Below are positions 28,019-38,816 of a stretch of 64,000 bases of DNA, in pieces (the first letter of the stretch is position 1; each line of letters opens with the position of its first letter). The DNA comes from a candidate division FCPU426 bacterium (GTDB lineage: Bacteria; Oederibacteriota; Muellerivitia; Muellerivitales; Muellerivitaceae): assembly GCA_963847625.1 (NCBI GenBank), contig CAWKAR010000033.1, positions 32,001-96,000 on the forward strand, given 5' to 3'. The position numbers and the translations under genes are program-made. The notes under the pieces are model-generated. The model saw nothing but the letters and a program-made list of their open reading frames with translations. It ran no database searches and had not been told where the DNA came from.

Positions 28019-29071
28019 TCAACAAATCCTGGGCAACTGCTCCCCGCTGAGAAGATCCATCATGCGAACGGCCCCGGTGCGGCTTTTCAACCGGACCGAC
28101 TTCCCAGGTTCGGGAAGGACCCGGCCGATCAACCGGGTTTCGCGGCTGACCGGGTGTTTTTGGAGGATGCCCAGGGCTTTCGCGGCCTCCGCCTCGGGAA
28201 GGATCGCCACGAAACGTCCCTCGTTGGCCACGTAAAGGGCATCCAGTCCCAGGATCTCGCAGGCGGCCTCCACTTCCTCGATCACGGGGATTTCCCCTTC
28301 CGTGACCAGCATGAGATGACCTGCCCCCTGGGCTATCTCGTTCAAGGCCGAGGCCAAGCCCCCCCGGGTGAGGTCTCTCAGGCAGTGGACGTTCACCCCC
28401 GCCTCGAGCAGGGAAAGAACCGGCCCGTGCAGGAAGGCGCAATCGCTCTCCAGTTTCGTCTCGAAGTCCAGTCCCTCCCGCGCGGCCATGATGGCGATGC
28501 CGTGCCGCCCCACGTCCCCGCTTAAAAGAACCACGTCGCCGGGTTTGACGGCGGAGGGGGAAATATCCAGGCCCGGCTTCGTCACTCCCACCCCGGAAGT
28601 GTTGATGAAAACGCCGTCGCCCTTGCCCTTGTCCACCACCTTCGTGTCGCCGGTGACGATGGAAACGCCAGCCTCCTCCGCGGCTTTTTTCATGGAAAGC
28701 ACGATCCTCCAAAGGGTTTCCAGGGGCAGGCCCTCCTCCAGGATGAAACCCGCGCTCAGGTAAAGGGGTTTAGCGCCGGCCATGGCCAGGTCGTTGACGG
28801 TTCCGGTGACGGCCAGCTTGCCGATGTCGCCGCCGGGGAAAAAGAGGGGTTTCACCACGTAGGAGTCGGTGGTCATGGCGACCGAGCCCGGCGGAAGGGC
28901 CATGACCGAGGCGTCGTGGCGTTTGTTGAGGGGGCCGTTGCCGAAGGCCGGCAGGAAAAACTTCTCGATCAGGTCCTGGGTCAGGCGGCCCCCGCCGCCG
29001 TGCGCCAGCAAGACGCGGTCATAGCCGTTGAAAGGCAGGGGACAATTAAGTTGGAATTCGTTTGAGGCCAT
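28019..29071 (-). CDS. hypE: Hydrogenase maturation protein HypE
   Basis: [35 protein letters not shown] and C-terminal GEQLPRIC. Confidence 0.97.
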   Translation of the reverse strand: MASNEFQLNCPLPFNGYDRVLLAHGGGGRLTQDLIEKFFLPAFGNGPLNKRHDASVMALPPGSVAMTTDSYVVKPLFFPGGDIGKLAVTGTVNDLAMAGAKPLYLSAGFILEEGLPLETLWRIVLSMKKAAEEAGVSIVTGDTKVVDKGKGDGVFINTSGVGVTKPGLDISPSAVKPGDVVLLSGDVGRHGIAIMAAREGLDFETKLESDCAFLHGPVLSLLEAGVNVHCLRDLTRGGLASALNEIAQGAGHLMLVTEGEIPVIEEVEAACEILGLDALYVANEGRFVAILPEAEAAKALGILQKHPVSRETRLIGRVLPEPGKSVRLKSRTGAVRMMDLLSGEQLPRIC

Positions 29072-29134
29072 TAATTTCTCCAGGCCATCATCAAAATTTT
29101 TCAACAATTCTGAATATAACCGAACGAATGAAAA

Positions 29135-30250
29135 CTAGGAAATATTATCCGAGGGAAGGACCGGTTCGGTTCGGCGGTAGCGGTAATAAGCCGAGCAAGC
29201 GCCTTCGGAGGAAACCATGGGCGCGCCCAAGGGCCGCTCCGGCGTGCAGCGCACCGCGAAGGCAGGGCATTGGGGCGGCTTCTTCAGGCCCTGCAGGATC
29301 AGGCCGGCGATGCATTCCTTGGATTCGTGGGATTCCCCCACTCTCACGTTGAAACGGCGAAGAGCGTCGAAGGAAGAGAAGGTTTTGTTCAAGGCCAGGC
29401 CGCTTTCCGGGATCCAGCCGATGCCCCGCCAGTTTTTCGGGCCGACCTCGAAAACTTCCTCTATCATTTTGCGCGCCTGGGGATTGCCCTCGGGCTTCAC
29501 CGAGCGGCTATATTGGTTTTCCACCTCGAAGCGGCCTTCTTCCAACTGCTTGAGGCACATGTAGACGCCCTGGAGGATATCCACCGGCTCGAATCCGGTT
29601 ACGACGATGGGGACATGGTATTTCTTACATATAGGAGGGTATTCGCCTGTTCCCATCACGGTGCAGACGTGGCCTGCGGCCAGGAACCCCTGGATGCGGT
29701 TCTCCGGCGAGGAAAGGATGGCTTCCAGGGCGGGAGGAACCCGGACCTGGGAGGTTAGGAGCGAAAAGTTTTTCAGGCCCCTGGCCTTGGCCTGGAGCAC
29801 CGAAAGCGCGTTGGCCGGGGCGGTGGTCTCGAAACCTACGGCGAAAAAAACCACCTGGCGGTCCGGGTTTTTCACGGCCAGATTCACCGCGTCCAGGGGG
29901 GAATAAACGATGCGCACGTCGCCCCCCTCGGCCTTGACGGACAAGAGGTCCTTGGAAGTGCCCGGCACCCGCAGCATGTCGCCGAAAGAGCAGAACAGGA
30001 CCTCCGGAAGGGAGGCGATGGAAACCGCCGTGTCCAGCACGTCCATGGGCGTGACGCAGACGGGGCACCCGGGGCCGTGAACCAACTCAACACCCTTGGG
30101 GAGAAGGTCCTCCAGGCCGTATTTGACGATGGAGTGGGTTTGTCCCCCGCACACTTCCATCAGGGTCCAGGGACGCTTGACGGTTTGGGCGATGGCTTCC
30201 TGCCATTTTTTTGCCTGAGCCCCGTCACGGTATTCATCGATGTATTTCAT
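29135..30250 (-). CDS. hypD: Hydrogenase maturation protein HypD
   Basis: [27 protein letters not shown] and MVSSEGAC motifs. Confidence 0.98.
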   Translation of the reverse strand: MKYIDEYRDGAQAKKWQEAIAQTVKRPWTLMEVCGGQTHSIVKYGLEDLLPKGVELVHGPGCPVCVTPMDVLDTAVSIASLPEVLFCSFGDMLRVPGTSKDLLSVKAEGGDVRIVYSPLDAVNLAVKNPDRQVVFFAVGFETTAPANALSVLQAKARGLKNFSLLTSQVRVPPALEAILSSPENRIQGFLAAGHVCTVMGTGEYPPICKKYHVPIVVTGFEPVDILQGVYMCLKQLEEGRFEVENQYSRSVKPEGNPQARKMIEEVFEVGPKNWRGIGWIPESGLALNKTFSSFDALRRFNVRVGESHESKECIAGLILQGLKKPPQCPAFAVRCTPERPLGAPMVSSEGACSAYYRYRRTEPVLPSDNIS

Positions 30251-30362
30251 GAGTCACCTAACTGGAACGTCATTTGACAGGTTCCTTTGTATCGGCATTA
30301 TTCCACACCGGAAGCTTGAATTTCCACATCTCCCATGGGTTCGGAAGGCTTCCAATGAAGAT

Positions 30363-32273
30363 TTACTGGCCCGGCCCCATTTGCCACTGTCTTGGGTTTG
30401 CCCCCGCGATGCGTTTCATGCAAAGAGTCGCCTCGTTGAACCGATTGGAGGAATAAAAGATGCCTGCGAGGTAATAATAAAACTCGGGATACTTTCCGGA
30501 GGTGCGCCGGATGGCTTCCAGGAAAAGCGGTTCAGCCGTCTCTGGATGGCCGGTGTAGGCGGTAAAAAAGAAACCCATATTGTAAAGGCCGAAAGGATAG
30601 GGCACGGGCCTCGCGAAATCCTCCCAGAAACTTTTCCAGGCCGAAAGGGGGGGCGATTGGATCAGGGCGGATGCCCCCGAAACCAGGTCCTGAGCGATCC
30701 CGTTTTCGGCCATCAACCGGTTGTAATCCAGGGTCGGGACACCGTCCCCGCAACCTTTCCTCAAGAAGACCGCGGCCACCCCGTCCAAATAAACCGGGCG
30801 CCAGTCCGCCATTTGCCGAAGCTCCAAGATCCACTGGAAGGGAGATTGGGGTTTCATGAGGAGGATTTGCGCCTGGTATTTCTCCAGGAGCGGCCTGAGC
30901 TTGCCCGGGCCCCAGGACGCCACATATTCCGAGAACACATCACTGCCCATCGTTTCCAGGCGGCCGTCGATAAAGGTCTTTCCCGACAGCCCCTGCCAAT
31001 CCAGCCACCCCCCCAAACTCAAGGAGTTCAGGACTCTTCCCTCCAATTTGTTTTGGACCAGGAAACGGCAGGCCTGCACGGGCTGGGCTTCCTCGTCCAA
31101 CCCCAGGCCGAAATGTTCCGGCCGGCGGTTCTGGATATAGTAGGCCCCGGTCGCGACCCTTAAACCAAGGCCCAAAAGAACCAAAGTGAAACCCCAGGCG
31201 AAAAGGGGTTTGGTTAAAAAGGCCCGCTGGAAACATGACAACCAATTCCAACTCAAATCCTTCCAGCAGGAAGCGACCAGGGGAACGCAGGCGATCATGA
31301 AAAGACCAATGTTCCGGAAGGCGGCCAGGGAAATGGCGAGAAATATGGCGGTGAGGAGATACTCGTGGATTTTTCTCCGCTTGAACGTCGCCAGGATCAG
31401 GATCAGCAGAAGGATAAAGAAAAGTTCATAGAAGAAGGTAATCATCATGTGGGTCGGGTTGGAAAGGTAGGCCCAGGTCGGCTGGAACTCGTCGATGTTC
31501 TGTTTAAAAACATTGGAAGTGCCCACCGTTTTCCAGAGGGTGAAGGGAAAACACCAACCGCGGAAGAAATAGGGATTCAGCAGGCAAACCGCCACCGAAA
31601 GCAGGGAATAACCCAGGAGTATTTTGTCGGATTTGCGGTCATGGACAAAACCCGAGAACCAATAAAGGCCCATCAAGAGCCAGCCAAGGGGAAAGAGGCC
31701 CTCCATGTTGGCCCAAAAAAGGTGGAGGAGGGGAAGCAGAAAAAGAAGGTCCCGCTTGCGAAGGGCCCTTAATTCCAGGACCCACAGGGTCAGGCTCAAC
31801 AAGACCCAACTCAGGGTCTCGGGCCTGGCCCGGAAGCGGTTTTCGGTCGTGAAGAGGACCGCCGATAACAATAACACGGACAACCAGGCCGGGGCCTGGG
31901 CTAGCTGTAGGCGCCGGTAAGTCAGGAAAAACAGGATACCGACCAAACCGACGTTCAGAAGGGAAATAAGGATGTAACCACCGAGCCGGTAAAAGGAGAA
32001 AAGCAGAACCTGGTAAAGCCAGTGGATATCCAGGTAGTCATGGCTGGTTACGGTGTAGGTAAAGGTATCATTTGAGGGAAAGGCGTGGTTTTGAAGGATC
32101 CATTGGCCGCCCCTCAAGTGAAAACCCAGGTCGGAATCACAAAGAAGGCGCGCGCCCAGGAGTACAGCCAAAAGGAAACAGGCCAGGAGGGAATAAAACC
32201 ATGGATCGGACCAGGAAGAGGGTGATTTGGTATTTGCCGGGCTGCCCGGATAGCGGGAGGGGTTGGAAATCAT
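30363..32273 (-). CDS. Polytopic membrane protein (GT-C-like) with C-terminal TPR
   Basis: DSDLGFHLRGGQWI, RPE, WANMEG, LNPY and FIDGR; many TM helices; TPR-like tail. Confidence 0.7.
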   Translation of the reverse strand: MISNPSRYPGSPANTKSPSSWSDPWFYSLLACFLLAVLLGARLLCDSDLGFHLRGGQWILQNHAFPSNDTFTYTVTSHDYLDIHWLYQVLLFSFYRLGGYILISLLNVGLVGILFFLTYRRLQLAQAPAWLSVLLLSAVLFTTENRFRARPETLSWVLLSLTLWVLELRALRKRDLLFLLPLLHLFWANMEGLFPLGWLLMGLYWFSGFVHDRKSDKILLGYSLLSVAVCLLNPYFFRGWCFPFTLWKTVGTSNVFKQNIDEFQPTWAYLSNPTHMMITFFYELFFILLLILILATFKRRKIHEYLLTAIFLAISLAAFRNIGLFMIACVPLVASCWKDLSWNWLSCFQRAFLTKPLFAWGFTLVLLGLGLRVATGAYYIQNRRPEHFGLGLDEEAQPVQACRFLVQNKLEGRVLNSLSLGGWLDWQGLSGKTFIDGRLETMGSDVFSEYVASWGPGKLRPLLEKYQAQILLMKPQSPFQWILELRQMADWRPVYLDGVAAVFLRKGCGDGVPTLDYNRLMAENGIAQDLVSGASALIQSPPLSAWKSFWEDFARPVPYPFGLYNMGFFFTAYTGHPETAEPLFLEAIRRTSGKYPEFYYYLAGIFYSSNRFNEATLCMKRIAGANPRQWQMGPGQ

Positions 32274-32418
32274 TTGGGGATTATAACAACCTGAATAAAA
32301 CGCATGAGAAGTTTGTTAAACTCGTGAAACGGGGTCCATTATCGCCAAACAAAGAAAGGTATAATGAATGGTGTTGTAACCCGCTTTACCCACCCGAAAC
32401 GGAAAGGGGCAACGCCGG

Positions 32419-35400
32419 ATGATTTTTCTTTTCACTAAAATCGACCATCCGGCCCTATACGAACAACGGGGCTCTCCCTCAGCCGACAACGTCCTCTCCT
32501 GCCAAATATATCTTATTGAGGAAATCCTTTCGTCCCATAAAGCCACTTGGACTAAACGCACCCCGGACGGCTTGTATAGCATTTTCAAGGAAGAGGACGC
32601 GGCCCGGGCCGCCCTGGACCTGCAAAAGGAATTCCAAAAACACCTCTGGGGCGATTACCAAAAAGCCAAGCTTCGCGTGGCGCTGCATTCGGGGGAAGCC
32701 GAGGTTTTCGGCCAGGATTACGTGGGACCCGGAGTCACCCATACCAGGGCTCTCCTGGAGGCGGCCTGGGGCGGGCAAATCCTCATGACCGTGCCGGCGG
32801 TACATTTCGTGCCTTTGCCCCCCGAGGCGCGGCTCCTCGACCTGGGTCCCCAGTTCCTTAAGGACTTGAGCGAACCTTCCAGCATCTATGCCTTGGAGCA
32901 TCCGGACCTTCAAAAAGAAACGCTACCGCCCTTGCGGACCCTTAATCAATACCCGCAGAATCTTCTTCCCCAGGCGTCCCCATTTTTCGGCCGCGAGGAG
33001 GAAATCGCGGAAATTACCGGCATGCTGAAGGACCCTTCCATCCGGTTGTTGACCCTCGCGGGGCCGGGGGGGTATGGAAAGACCCGCCTGGCCTTGCAGA
33101 CCGCCGCGGAGCTGGCGGGCCATTTCGAGAACGGCATTTTCGTGGTGGTGCTAGCGCCCCTGTTGTCCGACCAGATGATCGTGGGAAACATCGCCGGGGT
33201 TCTGAAATTTTTCTTCACCGGCATTGAAGATTCCAAGACCCAGCTTCTGAACCACCTGAAAGACAAGAAAATGCTTCTCATTATGGATAATTTCGAGCAC
33301 ATCATCGAAGGCGGTTCATTGGTTTCGGACATCCTCAAGGCCGCGCCGGGTGTGAAAATCCTCGTGACCAGCCGGGAACCCCTGAGGGCGGTGGAAGGAA
33401 AGACGTTTGAGGTGAAAGGCCTGCATTTCCCCGAGGACCCGGACGCCCCGGACATGGAAGCCTACAGCGCCGTCCAACTTTTCCTCATGCGCGCTCGAAG
33501 GACCAAACCCGACTTTGTTCTCGTTCCCGAGGAGCGGCAGGGGATGCTGGACATCTGCCGGGTTCTGGAAGGCATGCCCTTAGGACTGGAGCTTTCTTCC
33601 ACCTGGGTTGGAATCCACCCCCTTTCGGAAATAGCCGATAAAATTACAACCAGCAAGGATTTCCTGGCGACTTCCATGCCCGATTTTTCCCCGCGGCACC
33701 GTTCCTTGAGGGCCGTATTCGAGTATTCCTGGATCCTACTCAGTGAGCCGCAAAAAAGGGCTCTTAAAGCCCTTTCCTCCTTCAAAGACGGGTTCGGCAT
33801 CCAGGCGGCGCGCTCGGTGGCGGGCGCCACCCTGGCGGTTCTCGAACAACTGGAAAACAAATCGTTGTTGGCCCGGCAAGCGAAAGGGCGTTTTGACCTC
33901 CATGAGCTCATCAAGTTTTACGCCAAGGAAAAATTGTTCGAAAATCCCGCTGAAGGCGAAAAAATCCTGGATGCCCATTGCGGTTATTTCGCGTCCTTCC
34001 TCCAAGCCAGGGAAAAGGCTTTGTACGGCCCAAAAGAAAAAGAGGCCCAGGAAGAATTGGTGGAAGAATTGGGAAATCTCCGGGAAGCCTGGAACCGGGC
34101 CGTCCGAACCTGCGAAAAAAAGGAGCTCAACAAGCTCATGAAGGGCTTTTGCGTCATTTACGAGATCAAAGGGCAGTTCGAGCAGGGCCGGGAATTTACG
34201 AAAGCCGCCGTGCAAACCCTGAGGGAGAAATATCCCGAAACCTCTCCGCGCCCAAAGCCCTATACCCTTCTCTTGGCCAGGCTCATTTCACGCTGGGCTT
34301 CCTTTGAGAGGGATTTAGGGAACCTCAGAAACGCCCGAAAACTGTTTGAGGAAAATCTCAACTTGTTGTCCTCTATTTCCAACCTCCGGGAAGCCGGCTT
34401 TTCCCTGTGCGAACTGGGTTTTGTCACGGAAAGGGAGGGCCATTATGAAAAAGCCAGGACCCTTTATGAGAAAAGCCTGGCCGCTTGTCGCAAGGCCAAG
34501 GATAAACCAGGAATTTCCCTGGCTCTCAACCGCCTGGGATTCCTCGCCTGCCGCATGGGGGAATTTAAAAAAGCCAGGACCCTGGTCCTGCAAAGCCTGA
34601 GGTACTCGAGAGCGAACCGGGACCGGCGGGCCATGGCCTTCGCCTACAACGTTTTCGGGGAGGTCTTGTGCAACTTGAGGCGGTTGAAAGAAGGCAAAGA
34701 AAGCTATCAAAAAGCCTTGTCCATCTACGTGGAAACGGAAGACCAAAGGGGAATCGGCTGGTGCTTGGTGAATCTGGGCAATGTGGCGGATATAACGGGG
34801 GATTTTAAGGGCGCCTTTGCGTTGTACCAGCAAGCCATGGGCATTTCCGATGGAATCAGCGACAGAATGGGCCTGGCAATCGCCGTGACCCAGTTGGGAA
34901 TGATTCGCTGGCAAGAGGGAAATTATCCGGAAGCCGCCGGCTTTCTGGAGAAAGGCCTGGGTCTTTTCCGCCTGGTGGGGGATTTCAGGGGCCAAGCCTG
35001 GTCCTTGGACCTACTCGGCAACCTGGCTTTGGAATATCAAAATGACCGCCAAGCCGAAAGTAATTACAAGAAAGCTTTTTCTCTCCTGGAAAAAGTGGGC
35101 CCATTGACCCAGAACATCGCCTGGTATCAATTCCATTTGGGGGATTTGGCTTGTTACCGCGGCCATTTGAAACAGGCGAAAAAATGTTATTTAAAAAGCC
35201 GGACGTGTTTTGAACGCGTTCAGGACGATATTGGCTTGATGGTCACCTTACTCAAATTAGGGGAAATTTCCACCCGTCTGGGTGAGTTAAAGCAAGCCGA
35301 AGATCATCTTTCCCATGTCATCCAAATTGCGATTCGGGGTAATCACAAGCCTTTTCTCGCGGATGCGGTTGTTGCCATGGGACGGATTTTTCAGCTTAAG

Positions 35401-35730
35401 GGGGAAGAGAGGGATGCCATTGGTTTATATATGCTGGCCTTCGGCCATCCCCTGTGCCGCCAGCAGACCAGGGATATGATTACGGCTTTGATCAAAGAAC
35501 TTGAACCGCATTTTTCACCCGAGGAAATCGAGGGAGCCAGGGAATGGGGCAAGACCGGGAACCTGGAGGGAGTGGCCATGAGATGGGTTTCTTTCCGAAA
35601 ATCCGCCGCGTCACGAAAACGAAAGGGCAAATATAGAAAGGCCGCCCTTCAAGTGAAAGCCAGGCCGGGATCGCAAAGAAGTCGCGCGCCGAGGAGTACG
35701 GCCAAAAGGAAGCAGGCCAGGACGGGATAA
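32419..35730 (+). CDS. Class III cyclase-like domain + STAND ATPase + TPR protein
   Basis: LRVALHSGEA..GGQIL; Walker A GPGGYGKT; LLIMDNFEH; EGMPLGLEL; multiple TPRs. Confidence 0.9.
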   Translation: MIFLFTKIDHPALYEQRGSPSADNVLSCQIYLIEEILSSHKATWTKRTPDGLYSIFKEEDAARAALDLQKEFQKHLWGDYQKAKLRVALHSGEAEVFGQDYVGPGVTHTRALLEAAWGGQILMTVPAVHFVPLPPEARLLDLGPQFLKDLSEPSSIYALEHPDLQKETLPPLRTLNQYPQNLLPQASPFFGREEEIAEITGMLKDPSIRLLTLAGPGGYGKTRLALQTAAELAGHFENGIFVVVLAPLLSDQMIVGNIAGVLKFFFTGIEDSKTQLLNHLKDKKMLLIMDNFEHIIEGGSLVSDILKAAPGVKILVTSREPLRAVEGKTFEVKGLHFPEDPDAPDMEAYSAVQLFLMRARRTKPDFVLVPEERQGMLDICRVLEGMPLGLELSSTWVGIHPLSEIADKITTSKDFLATSMPDFSPRHRSLRAVFEYSWILLSEPQKRALKALSSFKDGFGIQAARSVAGATLAVLEQLENKSLLARQAKGRFDLHELIKFYAKEKLFENPAEGEKILDAHCGYFASFLQAREKALYGPKEKEAQEELVEELGNLREAWNRAVRTCEKKELNKLMKGFCVIYEIKGQFEQGREFTKAAVQTLREKYPETSPRPKPYTLLLARLISRWASFERDLGNLRNARKLFEENLNLLSSISNLREAGFSLCELGFVTEREGHYEKARTLYEKSLAACRKAKDKPGISLALNRLGFLACRMGEFKKARTLVLQSLRYSRANRDRRAMAFAYNVFGEVLCNLRRLKEGKESYQKALSIYVETEDQRGIGWCLVNLGNVADITGDFKGAFALYQQAMGISDGISDRMGLAIAVTQLGMIRWQEGNYPEAAGFLEKGLGLFRLVGDFRGQAWSLDLLGNLALEYQNDRQAESNYKKAFSLLEKVGPLTQNIAWYQFHLGDLACYRGHLKQAKKCYLKSRTCFERVQDDIGLMVTLLKLGEISTRLGELKQAEDHLSHVIQIAIRGNHKPFLADAVVAMGRIFQLKGEERDAIGLYMLAFGHPLCRQQTRDMITALIKELEPHFSPEEIEGAREWGKTGNLEGVAMRWVSFRKSAASRKRKGKYRKAALQVKARPGSQRSRAPRSTAKRKQARTG

Positions 35731-36006
35731 AACCAGGGGTCAAACCGGAAAGTAGGCGGTGCGGAGGTGGTCGGATTGGAGTCGGGGCTGGAAATCATGC
35801 GTGGATTATATCAACCCTGGAAAAGCGGTTGAGTTTTATTCAGCTCCAAGGAAAGGGACCTGTCTGTCTAAAACTGGTATAGGGACACGGAGTTTTTGGA
35901 ATGGAAAAAAATCCGTGAAGATTAGCCATTCGAATTAGTCTTAAAATTGTGTTTACTTATTCACTCACGCTCCCCATCGTGAATAACTCTTCCATTTTCG
36001 CTTAAA

Positions 36007-36696
36007 TTAATTCTTGCTTTGTCCAATTTGGGTTGCTTGTTTTTCGATCAGGTGGGATTGCCAAATGTGGACGCCGGAGAGTTGTTGGCGTGCGAGGTTC
36101 ACCATGGCCCGGGCGATGGTCTGGGCCTGGATGGGGCGGTATTTTCGAAAAGGCCCGACAAACAACGGGGAAAGGGGTTTTAAGACGTTCTCCAGGAATT
36201 GTTCCCCGGGCCGGCGTTCCTTACGGTCTTTCTCACCCAGGATGAAGGAAGGCCTCAGGATGTGAACAGCCTGGAAGGGAACCGCGCTGACCGCTTCCTC
36301 CATCACGCCCTTAAGACGGCTGTAAAACAACGAGGAATTCGGGTTAGCACCCATGGAGGAAACCACCAGGAACTGGCGGGACCCATTTTTCAAGGAGATC
36401 TTGGCGAGGGAGAGGACATACTCGAAATCAACCTTGCGGTAGGCTTGGTGGGAAGGTGACTTTTGCCGGGTGGTGCCCAGACAGCAATAGACGGCGTTTG
36501 CCTTCGTATTTTTGATGAATTTTTCCAGCAGGTCGAAGTCCACCACGATTTCACGGAGCTTCGGATGTTTGGTTCCCTGCGGGGTGCGGACCAGGGAAAT
36601 CACCTTGTCGTACTGGGGATCGCCTAATATTTCCTGGAGGCAAAAGCCTCCCACTAAACCGCTGGCTCCCGCGAGCAAGGCCGTCTTTTGGGTCAT
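36007..36696 (-). CDS. NAD(P)-binding oxidoreductase (TIP30/YraR-like)
   Basis: GASGLVG, CCLGTT, VSSMGA and ILRPS motifs. Confidence 0.9.
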   Translation of the reverse strand: MTQKTALLAGASGLVGGFCLQEILGDPQYDKVISLVRTPQGTKHPKLREIVVDFDLLEKFIKNTKANAVYCCLGTTRQKSPSHQAYRKVDFEYVLSLAKISLKNGSRQFLVVSSMGANPNSSLFYSRLKGVMEEAVSAVPFQAVHILRPSFILGEKDRKERRPGEQFLENVLKPLSPLFVGPFRKYRPIQAQTIARAMVNLARQQLSGVHIWQSHLIEKQATQIGQSKN

Positions 36697-37017
36697 AGGC
36701 TAACCTCTTATCCTCAAGCATAGAGGATGACGGGAATTTGGTGTAGGGTTTTCAACCGGTTAAGGGTCCGGTATAAGACCTGGTTCTCCGGGTAGCCGGA
36801 ATTGGTTTTCCCAGGTAGTCTGAAAATAGTCTTTTTTCCGGGTTTTTCTAATTACAGCGTAGTTTTATTTTTATAAACACCCATACAATTGGGGAACAAC
36901 GGTTAACCTCCTGAAAAATGTTTTCTTAAGCCGCCATTTTGGCGTCAATTTCTGTAGAATCGAAATTCGAACTACCCAACAGGTTGTGGGTATCAAGATT
37001 TCAAAGGGTTTAAACCG

Positions 37018-37494
37018 GTGAAAATATTGCATGTTTTAAGCGGGGATTTCGTGACGGGGGCGGAAACTTCCACGGTGGCCCTCATCGAAAGGCAAACCGA
37101 GGCCGGCCACCAGATTTTCGTGGTGGCGGGCAAATTTGAGCATGCCGTGAAGGCGGCCTTTTACCCCGTTTCCATCCATGACCGGGGCTGGGTCCAGCGA
37201 TTGGTCAATATCGGGGCGCTGATTCGCCTCATCCGAAAAGAAAAAATCGACATCGTCCACGCCCATTCCCGCGCGGCCAGCTGGGTTTCCTTCTGGGCCT
37301 GCCGCATGACCCGCACGCCCTACCTCTCCACCCTGCATGGGCGACAGCACCTGCATTTTTCCAACAGGAACTTCAACGTGTACGGGAAGAAATGCGTCGT
37401 CATGTGCGAGAACATTCGTGAGCAAATGCTGAAGGAAACCAAAATCTTCAAACCGGAGCAATTGATTGTCATCCGCAATGGCATCCTCCCATAA
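37018..37494 (+). CDS. Glycosyltransferase family 4, N-terminal half
   Basis: MKILHVLS..TGAE, DIVHAHSR, STLHG, ending VIRNGI. Confidence 0.8.
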   Translation: MKILHVLSGDFVTGAETSTVALIERQTEAGHQIFVVAGKFEHAVKAAFYPVSIHDRGWVQRLVNIGALIRLIRKEKIDIVHAHSRAASWVSFWACRMTRTPYLSTLHGRQHLHFSNRNFNVYGKKCVVMCENIREQMLKETKIFKPEQLIVIRNGILP

Positions 37495-38800
37495 CCCCCT
37501 GGTTTTGATCGTCGGCCGGCTTTCAGGGCCCAAGAATGAGGTCATCCTGCGCTACTTGCGGGAGGCCGTTTTCCCCGCGGCCGAAGCCGACCCAGCTTTG
37601 CGGGTGGCCGTGATCGGGGGGCCGGTGGACGACGAGCACCGGCAACTGGAGAAAGACCACAAGTTCCTGAAGTTCGAGGGATTTCAGCCCGACCTCAAGC
37701 CCTACTATGAACGGGCCACCTTGGTCGTCGGGGCGGGGCGCGTGGCGCTGGAAGCCATGGCCCTTCAAAGACCCGTGATCGCCATCGGGGAGCAAAAATA
37801 CGTCGGGCCCCTTCTTCCACAGGCGGTGGAAGAGGCCAAGGCCACCAACTTCGGGGATTGCGAGGAAGGCACCCACTTCGATTGGGCCCAAGCCGCCCAG
37901 GACCTCAAGCGGATGCTGGGGGAAAATGCTTTGCGCGAGGAGGCTATCCGGACGGGAACCGCTTTGCTCCAGGCGGAGTACGACATGCGGGTTCTCTATC
38001 CCAAGGTCGAGGAACTTTACCGGGACGTCATTCTTCGAGACAACCTTTCCCGGGTGAGCGAAATCCCGGTCCTGATGTACCACCGGGTGGTCGAAAAGGA
38101 ACCGGCCCTTACCAAGTTCAATATCCATATCACCAGCGACAACCTCGAAAAGCACCTTTCGTTCCTCCAGAAGAACGGGTTTACCCCCATCACTTTCGTG
38201 GACTTGATGGTAAAGAAAATCCCGCCAAAGCCGGTTATCCTGACTTTCGACGATGGCTATGAAGATAATTACCTTCATCTCTACCCGCTTCTGCGGCGGT
38301 ACGGGATGAAGGCGGTGATTTATCTGCTGGGGAACCGATCCATCCGGACGAACGCGTGGGATACTCCCAAGGGGGAACCGGAAACGCCTTTGATGAACGA
38401 AAGGCAAATACTGGAATTGGCCAAGAGCGGCTCGGTGGAATTCGGGGCCCATTCCATGACCCATTTCAGCCTGCCGGGCCTGCCCCTGGAAACGGTGGTA
38501 CGGGAGGTCCAGGATTGCATGAAATCCCTGGAGGGATTGCTGGGAAAACAAGTGATTTCCTTCGCCTACCCATACGGTGACTATAACGAAGAAACCCAAA
38601 AGGTTGTGGCCGAGGCGGGTTTTAAATTCGGCGTGGCGGTGGATGGGGGGCCGGTGTGTTTCCGCGAGGACCTCCTGGCGATCCGGCGCATCCATATCTT
38701 TCCTGATACTGCCGGGTTCGATTTTTACAAGAAAACCAGCGGGTGTTATTTACGGTACAGGAAATTAGTGAGCTTGCTTAAACCCTGGCAGAAATCTTAA
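37478..38800 (+). CDS. GT4 C-terminal half fused to a polysaccharide deacetylase
   Basis: VGRLSGPK and GAGRVALEAM; PVLMYH, LTFDDGY, GAHSMTH and FAYPYG. Confidence 0.85.
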   Translation: MASSHNPLVLIVGRLSGPKNEVILRYLREAVFPAAEADPALRVAVIGGPVDDEHRQLEKDHKFLKFEGFQPDLKPYYERATLVVGAGRVALEAMALQRPVIAIGEQKYVGPLLPQAVEEAKATNFGDCEEGTHFDWAQAAQDLKRMLGENALREEAIRTGTALLQAEYDMRVLYPKVEELYRDVILRDNLSRVSEIPVLMYHRVVEKEPALTKFNIHITSDNLEKHLSFLQKNGFTPITFVDLMVKKIPPKPVILTFDDGYEDNYLHLYPLLRRYGMKAVIYLLGNRSIRTNAWDTPKGEPETPLMNERQILELAKSGSVEFGAHSMTHFSLPGLPLETVVREVQDCMKSLEGLLGKQVISFAYPYGDYNEETQKVVAEAGFKFGVAVDGGPVCFREDLLAIRRIHIFPDTAGFDFYKKTSGCYLRYRKLVSLLKPWQKS

Positions 38801-38816
38801 GGAATATAGAACGGGC

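Noticed and set aside
37523..38695. Long antisense ORFs (this one, 2819..3685, 48227..49165 and similar)
   Set aside because: They lie opposite well-supported genes and are expected from GC-rich codon bias; they carry no recognisable motifs.
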